64,000 nt of DNA from Eledone cirrhosa (lineage: Eukaryota): contig OZ024743.1 of NCBI GenBank assembly GCA_964016885.1, forward strand, positions 177,568,001 to 177,632,000. Reading direction: 5' to 3'. The notes under the pieces were generated by a model. The model was not told the origin of the DNA, ran no database searches, and saw only the letters and a list, made by a program, of their open reading frames with translations. Both the position numbers and the translations under genes were made by a program. This document shows, one piece after another, positions 27,405 through 41,300 of this stretch (the first letter of the stretch is position 1; every line of letters begins with the position of its first letter).

Positions 27405-27800
27405 TGCAATCTATTCTCCTGTGGGGGTATTTTTACTGCAATTTTGCTGTCATATACGTAGCGGGAGCACATAGTTAGGGTTATAAGATTGTTGTCTAAG
27501 CGTTCCTTAAGTTTTCTGTTCCACCATACATTTAAGAGGTTAGCTATGTCACATGCAGTGCTAACGCCAATGGCTGCCACCTCCTCTTGGGCATATGTTT
27601 TGTCATTAAACTTGAACATATGTTCCTTAAGGGTGAGTTTTATACTGGCCCCCACCGCATGTGCGATCATTTTCTTTAATTCATCATGGTTTTCGGGGGC
27701 CCGGATGGCTCTCGTCCACGCGCTACATCTTTCTGTGTGGGTCTTCTTGGCAATTGAGGTAATGGTAGGTGGTCTGCCTCACTCTGGCCTTTTATTAACT
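27405..27800 (-). mobile_element. Penelope-like RT fragment flanked by SINE pieces
   Basis: HMFKFNDKTYAQEEVAAIGVSTACDIANLLNVWW..CSRYVYDS (degenerate RYVDD); homologous to 32006-32293. Confidence 0.7.
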
Positions 27801-28360
27801 TTTATCCTTACGGGGTCAATAAAATAAAGCACCAGTAATGCACTGGATAATTGCTGGCCTTGTGCCAAAGGTAGAGACAATTATTAAAGCTGTGGATTGG
27901 CACTATCGTTAGAAGGTCGGACGCAATGCTTGGATTGGTAGTAATTAGTAAAAAATCGAATACTCTACTTTGTGGCATAGAGTTACGACCCTTTACGTTC
28001 TGAGATCAAATAGCGACGAGGTTAATATGGCCTTTCAACCTTACAATGTCGATAAAATAAAGTATCAGTAACACACTGGGATCGATGTAATCGACTTTTT
28101 TCTCCCCTTCAAATTGCTGGCCTTGAGTCTAAACTAGAAACAATTATTAGGATGGTGGATTAGCAGTAATCGGGAGGGCATCGGACACCTTGCTTTGTGG
28201 CATATAGTTACGGCCCTGAGTTCAAATCCCACCGAAGCTAGCTTTGCCTTTCATCCATACGGGGTCGATAAACTAAAGTACCAGTAATGCACTGGAATTT
28301 ATTTAATAGACTCTTCTCTTACCACAAAATTGTTGGCCTCGTGGCTAAATCAGAAACCAT
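27800..28360 (+). mobile_element. Cluster of three SINE copies
   Basis: Core repeated at about 27805, 28035 and 28245. Confidence 0.8.
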
Positions 28361-28554
28361 TATTTACCAATATTTTTCTACTGACATTCAACATCTTCGG
28401 TTCAATGATTGCAAATTCGAAAATATTATATATTATAATATTAGATATCATAAATATTACACGGTCAGTGGTATATGCGAAATTCTGAAATGTAACTGAT
28501 TAATCTCAGCAATGTAATAAATAGTTACACTCTTCTGTACTGAGACATATACAC

Positions 28555-28570
28555 TCACACAAACACAAAG

Positions 28571-28605
<35 letters not shown>

Positions 28606-28689
28606 CACACATATATACATATATACACACATATATAGGTATACACACACAAACACACACACATATATACACATACATAGTTATATAAG

Positions 28690-28725
<36 letters not shown>

Positions 28726-28822
28726 ACACACACACATTCCCTCTCTGTAGATATATATATATGTATGTGTATGTGTGTGTATGTGTGTCTATATATATAT
28801 ATATGTATATATATATGTATGC

Positions 28823-28862
<40 letters not shown>

Positions 28863-28952
28863 TTTTATATTTTTATATATATATACATATATGTGTGTGT
28901 GTCTATCTATTTATACACACAGACACTCACACAGACACACACACAAACACAC

Positions 28953-28960
<8 letters not shown>
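28555..28960 (+). repeat. Local duplication of 25650-25800 joined to 26213-26560
   Basis: Shared unique anchors AAACACAAAGACAC, ATAGGTATACAC, CATAGTTATATAAGCTC, CCCTCTCTGTAGATAT, CATATTTTTATATTTTTAT. Confidence 0.75.
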
Positions 28961-29001
<41 letters not shown>

Positions 29002-29933
29002 TTTGTCTTTGCATTTCTCTATTTCATCTCGATCATTTTATTTTATCATATAATACATCTTAAACTATTTAATTTACTTATTAAAATATCCAATACACAC
29101 ATAAATATATCCAATATTATAATATTTTCAACTTAACATCTATCCATATTTAATAATCATCAATAACTATTCGCATTAACATTAATAACATTAATATTAC
29201 TCTTATTAGTCTCTTCAACGCATTTATTTATTTATTTATTCTCATATCTACGTTTCAAATATTATACCATTTTATATAACAATAGATGTAAATTGTTTAT
29301 TTACTCAGCTATCTATTTATTTATTTATTTATTTATCCTTTTATTTATTTATTTATTTATTTATTTGTTTCTATGCTTAAATCTCTATTTTTACTTACTC
29401 TCATTTTTGTATTAACGTATATTCGTCTGTCTGATCATCTTCCTTCTTCTCTCCATCCTGTTTCTGCTTGTATTTATCAACAATTACTCATCCGGTCGCA
29501 TGCCTTAACTCTTCTATTTTTCACATCATGCCTATGCTTGCGTATCTTTAGCTGTAATAACTTCACAGTCTTTTTCCTTCTCTACCTGTTTTTCTTTTCT
29601 CTTTTTCCTTCTTCATCTTTCTCTGTGTCTTTCTGTTTTTCCTTTTTCATCCTTTTTTTCTTCTCTACCTTTACTACATCTATTTCCCCTCTTTTCTTTC
29701 TATCTGTATCTTTATTATTAATATTATTTTGATGTGATAGTTTGAATTCGTAATTTTACCGGTTATGCATATAATTTTATTTTATTTTTCTCTTTCGTCT
29801 TTCTCCCACCCCTCTCCTTTCCATCTGTCCCCCTTCCTTTATTTCTCTCTATATCTTTATTATTAATATTATTATTTATGTGGTAATTTGAATTTATAAA
29901 TTTACCGTTACGCATTTATTTTGTATTTTCTCT

Positions 29934-30042
29934 CAGTTTCTGACGAGAAGATGGAGGTAGCATGTATTTTAAATTGAGTGGCACTGCCTTCAGTGTTTAG
30001 TAATATTTAGACAATTCTATCATAGAAATAATTGTTAGACTG
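29934..30042 (+). ncRNA. Hammerhead motif with long stem-II insert (solo PLE-type 3' repeat)
   Basis: CAGTTT CTGACGA gaa GATGGAG..(about 58 nt)..TTCTATC ata GAAA T AATT G TT AGACTG, then AATAAA. Confidence 0.65.
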
Positions 30043-31256
30043 TAAATAAATTTCCTTGTTTGTACTCTTGACCATGTTATTCTTCACTTCTTCTTTTCAA
30101 TTATATATATATATATATCTATATATACGTACACACAGACACACATATAGTCCATATTTATTCGTGTGAAATTGCTGCTTTCTTGAGAATACTGTGAAGT
30201 TGATCTAATATTGATAACATTACATGCTGAAGAAATTGAAGACATTCATACATTGACATAATCAATTGTGTAAGGAAAAAACAATGTTTTAAAAATATAT
30301 TTGTCTCATATTTGTAAATTGTCCGGTATGATAATGTCTTGGTAGGGCTCCGGCACCAATTGTGTCGTCATCTTTATCGTTTGAATATCTGTATACATAC
30401 ATACATACATACATACATACATACATACATACATACATACATACATACATACATACTTACATACATACACTGCATACAAATACATATTGACTACCCCCAC
30501 GTTATCGAGTATGGCCATTGCACGATATACCATTATTAATAATTATAAATTAATTCTATCTATCGTGCAATGCCTGTGCGTGGAAATATTTTTTAAACTG
30601 AGGAAAGACTGTGCACTGAGCCAATCATACTCTCTGGGCGACAGTAACTATAACCCGAAAAGAAGAAAATATCAACATCATCGGTAACTACTGTGCCGCA
30701 GGTTTTATATCGGAGTTATCCCAGTTTACTGAGTTGCCTTCTCCTAGAAGAATGCCCTAACAAAGGCTAAGGGTCCTTCACTACCAGTGGTTTAACTGCG
30801 CGATCGGGTGTCCAGCCCGACAATTTCTATGCCCCCGCGCATATACACACACATGCACCCATGTATATACACATATACATATACATACACATGTACATGT
30901 GTATATACATATTTACACACCTTTGGATGCCCGTTGACTCTTATGAAGTCTTCCGCGCTTTATCAGGTTTTGTATTTTGTCCTGCAGCTTGTCCAAAATC
31001 TCCCTCCTCACCAAGTAAACTTGGTGGGGTTGCCGGTTTAGTCGCCGACGACGCGACCATGCGACAAGTTGTACTGGGTTACATGTTACCAGTAGCACAC
31101 AAAAGTGACCCGACATACAAATACATACATACGTACCTATATACATATATACATATATATATATAAATAGATACAAACACATACATATATACATGCAAAC
31201 ATACACACATAATACATACATAATACTTACAGACCTACGTACGTACGTTTATATAT

Positions 31257-31346
<90 letters not shown>

Positions 31347-31539
31347 ACACACACATATATATATATATATTTCGTTTCTGAATTTGTGTAGCAAGATTCA
31401 TTATCTGAAAACGTGTGTTGAAACCGATATTGTTATACTTTGGGAGGGTCACGCTAAATGTATAAATTTATTATAATAAATTGAAGTGAAACATCTGGTG
31501 CCTGTGTTTCTTATTGGCACCATGACCCTCCCAAAGTAT

Positions 31540-31601
<62 letters not shown>

Positions 31602-31740
31602 ATAAAAGAAAATTTAACACTTCTGTTTACATGCCAACACAAGAGCAAGAATGAAGGGTTCATTCTACTGACATGGCTATAAAATTGAGGCTTGTTTGCG
31701 TAATTGCAAACGAATCGAATGTTATTATTAATATTCGAAA

Positions 31741-31925
31741 GGGCGGTGGATTGGTAGTATCGGTAGACGGTCGGACGCCATGCTTTGACGCATAGAGTTA
31801 CGGCCCTTTCGATTCTGAGTTCAAATCCCGCTGAGGTTAACTTTGCCTTTCATCCTTACTGGGTCCATAAAATAAAGTACCAGTAATGCACTGGGTATTG
31901 GTGGCCTTGTGCCAAAAGTAGAAAT
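31741..31925 (+). mobile_element. Full-length SINE, same family
   Basis: GGCGGTGGATTGGTAG head through GGCCTTGTGCCAAAAGTAGAAA tail. Confidence 0.85.
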
Positions 31926-31985
31926 AATTATTAATATTCGAAGAACTCAGATTACATTATATATGTATATATATATATATATATA

Positions 31986-32293
31986 TTGTTATACTTGGGG
32001 AGGGTCCTTTCCCACCATACCATGAAAAGGTTGGCAATATCACCAGCTATGCTGACGCCGATGGCTGCTCCCTCATTTTGGGTGTAGATCTTCTCGTTGA
32101 ATTTAAATATGTGGCCCTTTAGGGTAGTTTTGATACTAGCCCCTATTGCATGTGCGACCATTTTTCTTACCTGATCATTGTTTTGGGGGTCCGTATAGCT
32201 TTGGTCCACCCAATCCACCTTCCCATGGGAGTCTTTTTTGCCATTGAGGTTACGGTGGGGGGTCTACCTCTTATAGGTCTACTACTACTAGGG
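31986..32293 (-). mobile_element. Penelope-like RT fragment fused to the TTGTTATACTTGGGGAGGGTC terminus, between (TA)n tracts
   Basis: [43 protein letters not shown]. Confidence 0.7.
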
Positions 32294-32303
32294 CAGAAAT
32301 ATA

Positions 32304-32494
<191 letters not shown>

Positions 32495-32699
32495 TGTATA
32501 TATATATATATATATACTGTATATATATATATATATATACTGTATATATATATATATATATACTGTATATATATATGTTCAGCGCATCGGTAGTGGGTTC
32601 TCCTACAGGGATATAAAGTAGTGGCCGTACTCGAAAATGAGTTGGCAGCCACCATGTATGTACAATGATATTAAATAAATGGAAACAATATTTATAAAA

Positions 32700-32774
<75 letters not shown>

Positions 32775-33300
32775 TAATAGATAGATAGATATGGATCTGC
32801 ATCTAGAAAAAAAAGGTTCTTTTCAAGGTTTAGAGCCGTGTAAGGTTGCCTTTTCTTTTGTTACGGAATACCAGAAGTTTACCCAAAACATACAAGTTTT
32901 CTTTCTCGGCGCTACCAGAAATATGCAATAGAGAGTTTCACGTCAATGCGATGTTGATGTCGCAACACAAAGGATCAGAACTAAAACCTGCAAGCTATAT
33001 CGTCCGATGATTTAAAATTCTCACTGATTTTCCACTAGTGACTGATATTTTATTCATCACCCCCACCCCCGGCAAAAAAACAAACAAGCAAAATAAAAAA
33101 ATTAAAAAAACCCCACATAAAACGAATTATTTAAACGGAGTGTGTAGGGAGCTGGAAAAAATACGCAAAGTATCCTGACCTAGTGATTCTCAACGTGACC
33201 TGAGAAATCTTGATAGACAGATAGACAAAGAGACAGATAGGTATATATATATATATACACAGACTGGTAGATAGATGGACTAGATAGATTGACCCTCCCC

Positions 33301-33362
<62 letters not shown>

Positions 33363-33380
33363 TGATGGAGAGAGAGAGAG

Positions 33381-35651
33381 ATAGTTAGATAGATAGTTAG
33401 TTAGATTGATAGATACAAAGAAAGATAATTTTCTTTTTATTTGCCACCAGGGCATCAAAGAGTGGGACAAGTACAATGGGGGGAGTTTACAGAAAAAGCG
33501 TTCTCAATATGGAGGAGGCAATAACAAAATGTAAAAATATAAAATATAAAATATAACAAAAATGAATTGAAAAACAAAATCCTCAATAGGGAGGAGGCGC
33601 CTTGGGGGGTCGCACACACCCCCGAAAAAAGTGTGCAACCCTTCTGCTCAGGAGTACAGAGAGGGTGCTCCCATGAACTTTCATCTTTCTCACCTACAAT
33701 CTGATGTAGAGTGAAGGCCCATTCACACAGGCCATTCTCCCCACTTTCACCCATCTTTCATAGAAACGGCTGGGGTGCAGCACCTCTCTCTCCATCCTGA
33801 TCCTTCTTCCGAAATGATATCGGAAGAAACGGACCAGTTGTTGGCCAAAGAGAAAGGTGTCTGACCTCAGTCCTTTCAGACGCGTCCACCATACAACCTC
33901 TTTCGCCATGGCTATTACGCACAGAAACACCGCCTCTCCTTCGTTTTTGAAGAGGGGAGGCGGCTTGATCGTTACAATAGACTCGGTGGTCAACCGGATC
34001 GGTCCCACCCTTGACAGCAGTTGTTCGACATAGCCCCACAGATCGGCAATGCCCGAGTAGTGTACCAATGCGTCTGCAACGGTTTCCTCGGCACACACGC
34101 ATCTGGGACAGATCTTTTTCGATGGGTTCCTACCCGGGCGCCCGTGTCTGTAGAGCCTTTCTCGAACGGGCAGAGCCCCTCGATAGCACTGCCAGGCCAG
34201 GGACCTCTGGAAGTTATCCATGGGTCCTGGGCTGAATGTCCTACCGAATAGGTTGGCCAGTTCGTCTTCCTCCATGCCTAGGGCTTCTCCGAGGGCGTCG
34301 TCGCACCTGCTAACCACCAGCCCTCTATAGAATGACGAGGTGGATTCTCCACTGACAGCCGGGTCCACCTGCCAGAGAGCCGTGAGCGCCTGGGCACACT
34401 CGGTGTGCCAGGCGCCCAGTTTTCTCGGTCTTTGCTTGACCCAGGATTGCAGCTCGGTGAGTGAGACGAGTCTGGGAAAGGCTCGCCTCACAAACGGGGC
34501 CCACACCGGTTGACCGGAGAGGAATACCTGAAGGTGCCGTAGCCTTAATGCGTGTTTACGAATCATTAGCCATGGCATCCCCAGCCCTCCTTTCGAAAGG
34601 TGTTGACAGGAGATGGATCTCCTCACCAAAGGAGCTCGCTTCTTCCAAAGGAATTGGGAGAGTGTGCGCCCCATTTTGGTGAGCGTTTCTCTTGGGCAAG
34701 GCACAACGGTTAGGCGGTAGTAGATGACGGACGCTATATAAGTGTTCGCCACCTCCGCCCGACCATTCAGGGACAGTTTGCACTCGGCCCACTTCTGGGT
34801 CAGATTAAACACACTTTTCGTTACCTCACCCCAGTTCTTCTCCACCTGGAGGTTTGGTCCGAACCAGACCCCGAGAAACTTCACCGGGCCCTCCGTCCAG
34901 CGCGCGACGACGCCATCGGAGGGCATCGATCTTCCCCTAAACGTGCCGAGTTGCAGACCGATCGACTTGTCCCGGTTCAGCTTAGCCCCTGTAAAACTCT
35001 CCTACTCCCCCGGTAAGGTGCCGATCACCCCGATTTCTGAGGCCGTCGACACCATTACTGTTACGTCCCCGGCGTAGGCCGATGCCGCTTTCCGCAATCC
35101 CGGTTCCAACGGGATGCCCTGAAACAACTCCAACTTCCGCAGCAGTGGCTCTAGAGTCACTACATACAGAAGGGAAGAGAGAGGGCACCCTTGTCGGATG
35201 GACCGCGCGATTTCGAACGGCTCCGAGAGGTAGCCGTTCACCTTGACCATAGATCAGATGCGGCTGCTGTGCATCGCATTGATCCAGCCCCTGAAAATGG
35301 GTCCGAAGCCTGCCGCCGCTAGCACCGCATCCATGGTCGACCCTATCGAACGCCTTAGATTGATCCAAGTTGATCAGGGCCCCACCAAAGACAGGTTCGT
35401 TCCCAACCCTCTCTATGACGTATCGCATGAGGTGGAGCTTGTCGTGGATGGACCTGGACGGTATAGCACATGTCTGCGCATCTCCCACCAGGTTGCCCAC
35501 GACAAGCGCCAACCTCTTTGCTAGCACCTTGGCCAAAATCTGTAACCCTATATTTAGCAGAGTTATGGGCCTGAAATTATTTATATCGTCCCCCTTGTTG
35601 CTTCCTTCCTCACTAGCGTGACTACGCCGTTGGTCACAGCACAGGGAATTC
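33381..35651 (-). mobile_element. Tx1/L1-clade LINE copy A, 5'-truncated and frameshifted, (TATC)n-like tail
   Basis: NFRPITLLN, LDQSKAFDRVDH, RQGCPLS, YAGD, KGGLGMP, CPRC..ET..H; 3' UTR ends GTGGCAAATAAA followed by TCTA repeats. Confidence 0.92.
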
Positions 35652-38259
35652 TGGGCCAGTTCTTCGACGCGAAACACGAAGGCTGCACCGGTCTTTGCGA
35701 GACCAGGATGGACGGGTGATCCTTGAACCTAAGCAGATGTGCGAGGCTTTTCAAAAGCACTTTGCCGGATTGTTCGGAAGGGTCGGGAGGCCGGTTGGGG
35801 ATGTGGACTTCGGTCCATACCTCGACGGCCTGCCGCGTCTCTCGGACAGGGAGGCGAAGTCCTGCGAGGAGCCGATTTCAGCCGCTGAGATAGAGGACGT
35901 GCTGAGCGAATGCGGCAAACGCAAATCCCCGAGTCTCGATGGTCTTCCATACGAACTATATCTAGCTATGCCGGACTTGTTCCCCGATCTCCTCGAGGCG
36001 GTCTACTGCAACTGGCAACAGAACAGGAGAATTCCCTGTGCTGTGACCAAGGGCGTAGTCACGCTAGTGAGGAAGGAGGAGAACAAGGGGGACGATATAA
36101 ATAATTTCAGGCCCATAACTCTGCTAAATACAGAGTTACAGATTTTGGCCAAGGTGCTAGCAAAGAGGTTGGCGCTTGTCGTGGGCAACCTGGTGGGAGA
36201 TGCGCAGACATGTGCTATCCCGTCCAGGTCCATCCACGACAACCTCCACCTCATGCGATACATCATAGAGAGGGTTAGGAACGAACCCGGCTTTGGTGGG
36301 GCCCTGATCAACTTGGATCAATTTAAGGCATTCGATAGGGTCGACCATGGTTACCTGGATGCGGTGCTAGCGGCGGCAGGCTTCGGACCCGTTTTCAGGG
36401 GCTGGATCAATGCCATGCACAGCAGCCGCATCTGCTCTAGTGTCCAGGTGAACGGCTACCTCTCGGAGTCGTTCGAAATCGCGCGGTCCATCCGACAGGG
36501 GTGCCCTCTCTCCTCCCTTCTGTATGTAATGACTCTAGAGCCACTGCTGCGGAAGTTGGAGATGTTCCAGGGCATCCCGTTGGAACCGGGATTGCGGAAA
36601 GTGGTGTTAGCCTACGCCGATGACGTAATGGTAATGGTGTCGACGGCCTCGGAAATCGGGGCGATCGGCACCTTACTGGAGGAGTACGAAAGGTTTACAG
36701 GGGCTAAGCTGAACCGGGACAAGTCGATCGGTCTGCAACTCGGCACGTGGAGGGGCAGATCGATGCCCTCCGATGGCGTCGTCGGGCGCTGGACGGAGGG
36801 CCCGGTGAAGTTTCTCGGGGTCTGGTTCGGACCAGACCTCCAGGTGGAGAAGAACTGGGGTGAGGTAACGAACAGGGTGTTTGTACTGACCCAGAAGTGG
36901 GCCGAGTGCAAACTGTCCCTGAAAGGTCGGGCGGAGGTGTCGAACACTTATATAGCGTCCGTCATCTACTACCGCCTGACCGTTGTGCCTTGCCCAAGGA
37001 AAACGCTCGCCAAAATGGAGCGCGCACTCTTCCAATTCCTTTGGAAGAAGCGGGTTCCTATGGTGAGGAGATCCATCTGCTGTCAACACCCTTCGAAAGG
37101 AGGGCTGGGGATGCCGTGGCTAATGATACGTAAACACGCATTAAGGCTACGGCACCTTCAGGTATTCCTCTCCGGCCAACCGGTGTGGGCCCCGTTTGTG
37201 AGGCGAGCCTTTCCCAGACTCGTCTCACTCACCGAGCTGCAATCCTGGGTCAAGCAAAGACCGAGAAAACTGGGCGCCTGGCACACCGAGTGTGCCCAGG
37301 CGCTCACGGCTCTCTGGCAGGTGGACCCGGCTGTCAGTGGAGAATCCACCTCGTCATTCTATAGAGGGCTGGTGGTTAGCAGGTGCGACGACGCCCTCGG
37401 AGAAGCCCTAGGCATGGAGGAAGACGAACTGGCCAACCTGTTCGGTAGGACATTCAGCCCGGGACCCATGGATAACTTCCAGAGGTCCCTGGCCTGGCAG
37501 TGCTATCGAGGGGCTCTGCCCGTTCGAGAAAGGCTCTACAGACACGGGCGCCCGGGTAGGAACCCATCGAAAAAGATCTGTCCCAGATGCGTGTGTGCCG
37601 AGGAAACCGTTGCAGACGCATTGGTACACTACTCGGGCATTGCCGATCTGTGGGGCTATGTCGAACAACTGCTGTCAAGGGTGGGACCGATCCTGTTGAC
37701 CACCGAGTCTATTGTAACGATCAAGCCGCCTCCCCTCTTCAAAAACGAAGGAGAGGCGGTGTTTCTGTGCGTAATAGCCATGGCGAAAGAGGTTGTATGG
37801 TGGACGCGTCTGAAAGGACTGAGGTCAGACACCTTTCTCTTTGGCCAACAACTGGTCCGTTTCTTCCGATATCATTTCGGAAGAAGGATCAGGATGGAGA
37901 GAGAGGTGCTGCACCCCAGCCGTTTCTATGAAAGATGGGTGAAAGTGGCGAGAATGGCCCGTGTGAATGGGCCTTCACTCTACATCAGACTATAGGTGAG
38001 GAAGATGAAAGACGAAGGGAGCACCCCTTCTCTGTGCTCCTGAGGAGAAGGGTTGCACACTTTTTTCGGGGGTGTGTGCGACCCCCCAAGGCGCCACCTC
38101 TCTATTGAGGACTTTGATATAAATTTTATTTTTTGTTATATTTTATTTTATTTTTATATATTGTTATTGCCTCCTCCTTATTGAGGACGCCTTGTTTTGT
38201 AAACTCCCCCCATTGTACTTGTCCCACTTTTGATGCCCTGGTGGCAAATAAAAGAAACA

Positions 38260-38332
<73 letters not shown>

Positions 38333-38335
38333 CTC
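35651..38335 (+). mobile_element. Tx1/L1-clade LINE copy B, 5'-truncated; open 766-aa RT plus C-terminal Zn-finger frame (35695-37995); (TATC)n tail
   Basis: KSPSLDGLPYELY, FRPITLLN, YADD, CPRC; tail at 38260-38332. Confidence 0.95.
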
Positions 38336-38339
38336 TTTC

Positions 38340-41300
38340 TGTGAAACATCGCCGGTAAGATTATTTGTAAATTTATATACGAAAAACAGAACAAATTGTT
38401 TGAAAAAACATATTATTTTGTAAATTAATCCCCAAGCTGAATTGTCAGCTGGGTGATAATCACACTTTTTGCTCCTTTAGGGGCGAAAATTTAATTTAAA
38501 AATTGTTTTAAAATATCAAATTTTGCAAACTACAAAACATGAATAACACGAAGAGAACGCTGGAGAACGTCAATAGAGAAAAGAGAGAGAAAGAGGCAGA
38601 TTTTAACGTTATATCTGCTTCTGCTACTATGGACGTCGCCATAGATACAATTGTCAACAAAGAGGAAAAAAATGTTACCACTCGAAAATTGTACAATTTC
38701 TACCGTCGAAGCGGAGAAAAATAATACTAACTCACATGAAAACACAGAAATTAAACCTATTAACATACATACATATGAAAAAGACATCAACAACTCCACA
38801 GATACATCTACACATAAAGTTTCACCTCGTCAATGAGCTGAGATTTCCAACACCGAGTCTAACAACGATAACAACAACAACAACGCCACACAAAAAAAAG
38901 AAAATGTCTTTCGCTGAAACAGTGAACAAAAAACAAGATTTTATAAATCTTGACATCTCCAATGCAAGAGATATGCTCCAGCAAGGGAGAAAATTTGTAA
39001 CTTTCGAAGAGAAAGGTGGGTTATAAAGGAAGACACAGTTCGAAGATTAGTCACCTTTAGGACTGTGTCCAATACCACGAGAAAGCCGATATTTATTAGT
39101 CAAGCAGATATAGAAGCTACTTTCAAGGAAATTCTAGCAAATATCGATTTTCTCCAACGAGGAAAACAGTACGGAAGTGTTTCCGTACTGTTTAAAAGCG
39201 AGGCACTCGCACAAAAACATTGTGACACCAATGGGGTCAAAAGCATTCACCATTTTCCCTACATACATGGGAAAAAGGACACACAAAAAAAAAATATATA
39301 TACCCCCAAACATTAAGATCTGGTGGATCTTGGCTGGCTTCGTAGAGCCAGAAACTGATATGATTCTTTCGATACGAAAATATATTCGACAAAGGTTGGC
39401 GGGTATTGATTTGGAGATTCTGTTGCAAATGATGCCGGAGAGAATCTCCAAAATACCCGAAAGAGTTGTCATCGATGATAACAACAAAATAATCATTTCG
39501 GTAGAAGGACACAGCACACCTAAAAGAAGGACACAGCACACCTAAAAGCCTCTTGTCCTTCGCAAACACACAACAACAACATCATTAAAAAAACACTATT
39601 AACAACACCAACACCAAAACAACCACCACCACCACAAGTACAATGACAGACGAAACGAGCAACCAGACCAAAACAAACAGAAAAAACAGAGACAACACCC
39701 CTGAAGAACACAGCCCCACCCCATCCCACTCCATCAAACACTACCACAAACACACACACCGAAACACCACCACCACACAACATACCCCTACCCCACACAC
39801 CTGACGATGATTATTCATCGACGGATGAAGCTGCTTCTCCTTCTTTAAGTGAAGAAGAGGGAGATACGCGAAAATCTAAAAAAAACAAAAAAAGAGACAC
39901 CACAAAACCCCCAAAACTCCAATCACCAACACCAACATACAACCACAGACACAAACAACAACACAAACAACACCACAGTCAAACATCCCCCTATCAGCAA
40001 AACCAACACCAACACCACCCCAAACACAACCACCCACCATAAAAAGAAAACTCCCGGACGAACAACAAACTAAAACAACACAACAAAAACACAAGCAAGA
40101 ATACGCATACATTAACACAAACAACAAGAATTTGACGGAGGTCATCTCCCAAAAGCCCAAGGTCGAGACGGAAGGCAAAACTTTCATCAAGGTAGAATCG
40201 TCTCCACACCTTAAACTTATAAGGGTCTCTATGGAAATCTATAATGACCTGAAAAATAAATTTTCACAGGACGTGGGTAACCCCTGCCAGAAACCCATCA
40301 ACCGCGTCATGTTAAAATGTTTCCCCACCCCACCCAACTGGAGATTCAACAACCCGATCTCCAGGAAACGAAAAGGTAAGTGCACCTTTCGTCCTTTTTC
40401 TCCAATTCTTCTTCACCAACATGGCTAGTTTACGAGTTGGAAGCGTGAATGTGCGTGGCCTAGGAGTGCCCTGGAAACAGGGCCAACTTTTAAACGACTT
40501 TAGGTCACACGGTATGGTGTGATAGCCATCACCGAGTCCAGGATCCACAACAGGTAGCAACTAACCCCCATCTTCGACGACTTTGAGATCTACGCATTTC
40601 TCTGTCAGCCAGGAGGTGGGGGTGGAGTGGCAGTCATGTTTCGGAAGAACCTGGACGTCGAAGTACAGCAAGTACACTGGGACCCTGAGAGTAGACTGGT
40701 AGTCCTAGACGTGAACAGTATTGGAGGTGCAGCCTTCAGACTGGTGGTCGTTTATGCCCCGACCGGGAAATCGCAATCACGCCCAGACTTCTTTAAGCGT
40801 CTAGAGTCCTTTCTGGGAACGTCACTCTCCTCATTTTAGTGGGAGAGTGGAATGGTATCCTAGATGCACGATGGGACTATGTGGGAGCATGTCGCAGTAG
40901 AGTGGGGTGCAACAGCCTCAAAACTTTAATCGGCCAATTCCAACTGGCCGATAGGTATCGACTGGATTTCCCGACTGCACCACAGTGGACGTGGGCAAAC
41001 CGCTGCGGGACGTCTAGATCGTATTTGGATAGGTTATTCATTACAGAAAGGGACAAGGAGATGTTAAGCTGTCCACAAATGCACATTGTTGCCTATTCAG
41101 ATCACAAATTAGTCGTCTGATTAGTCAACCGTGATAGAACACATAAACAAGGACCCGGATCCTGGAAGCTGAACGTGTTGTTGCCGGCACGTAAATCTTA
41201 CAGTGAACGGATAAGTAGACTAGTCAAGCAACAGTTAACAGAAGCCATCGTCAACAATAGATTTTGGTACTCTCTCAAGAAAGCAATTAGAATATAATCG

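Noticed and set aside
33500-38100. GC-rich island suggesting bacterial contamination or horizontal transfer
   Set aside because: Fully explained by Tx1/L1 ORF2 sequence with 3' UTRs and microsatellite tails.
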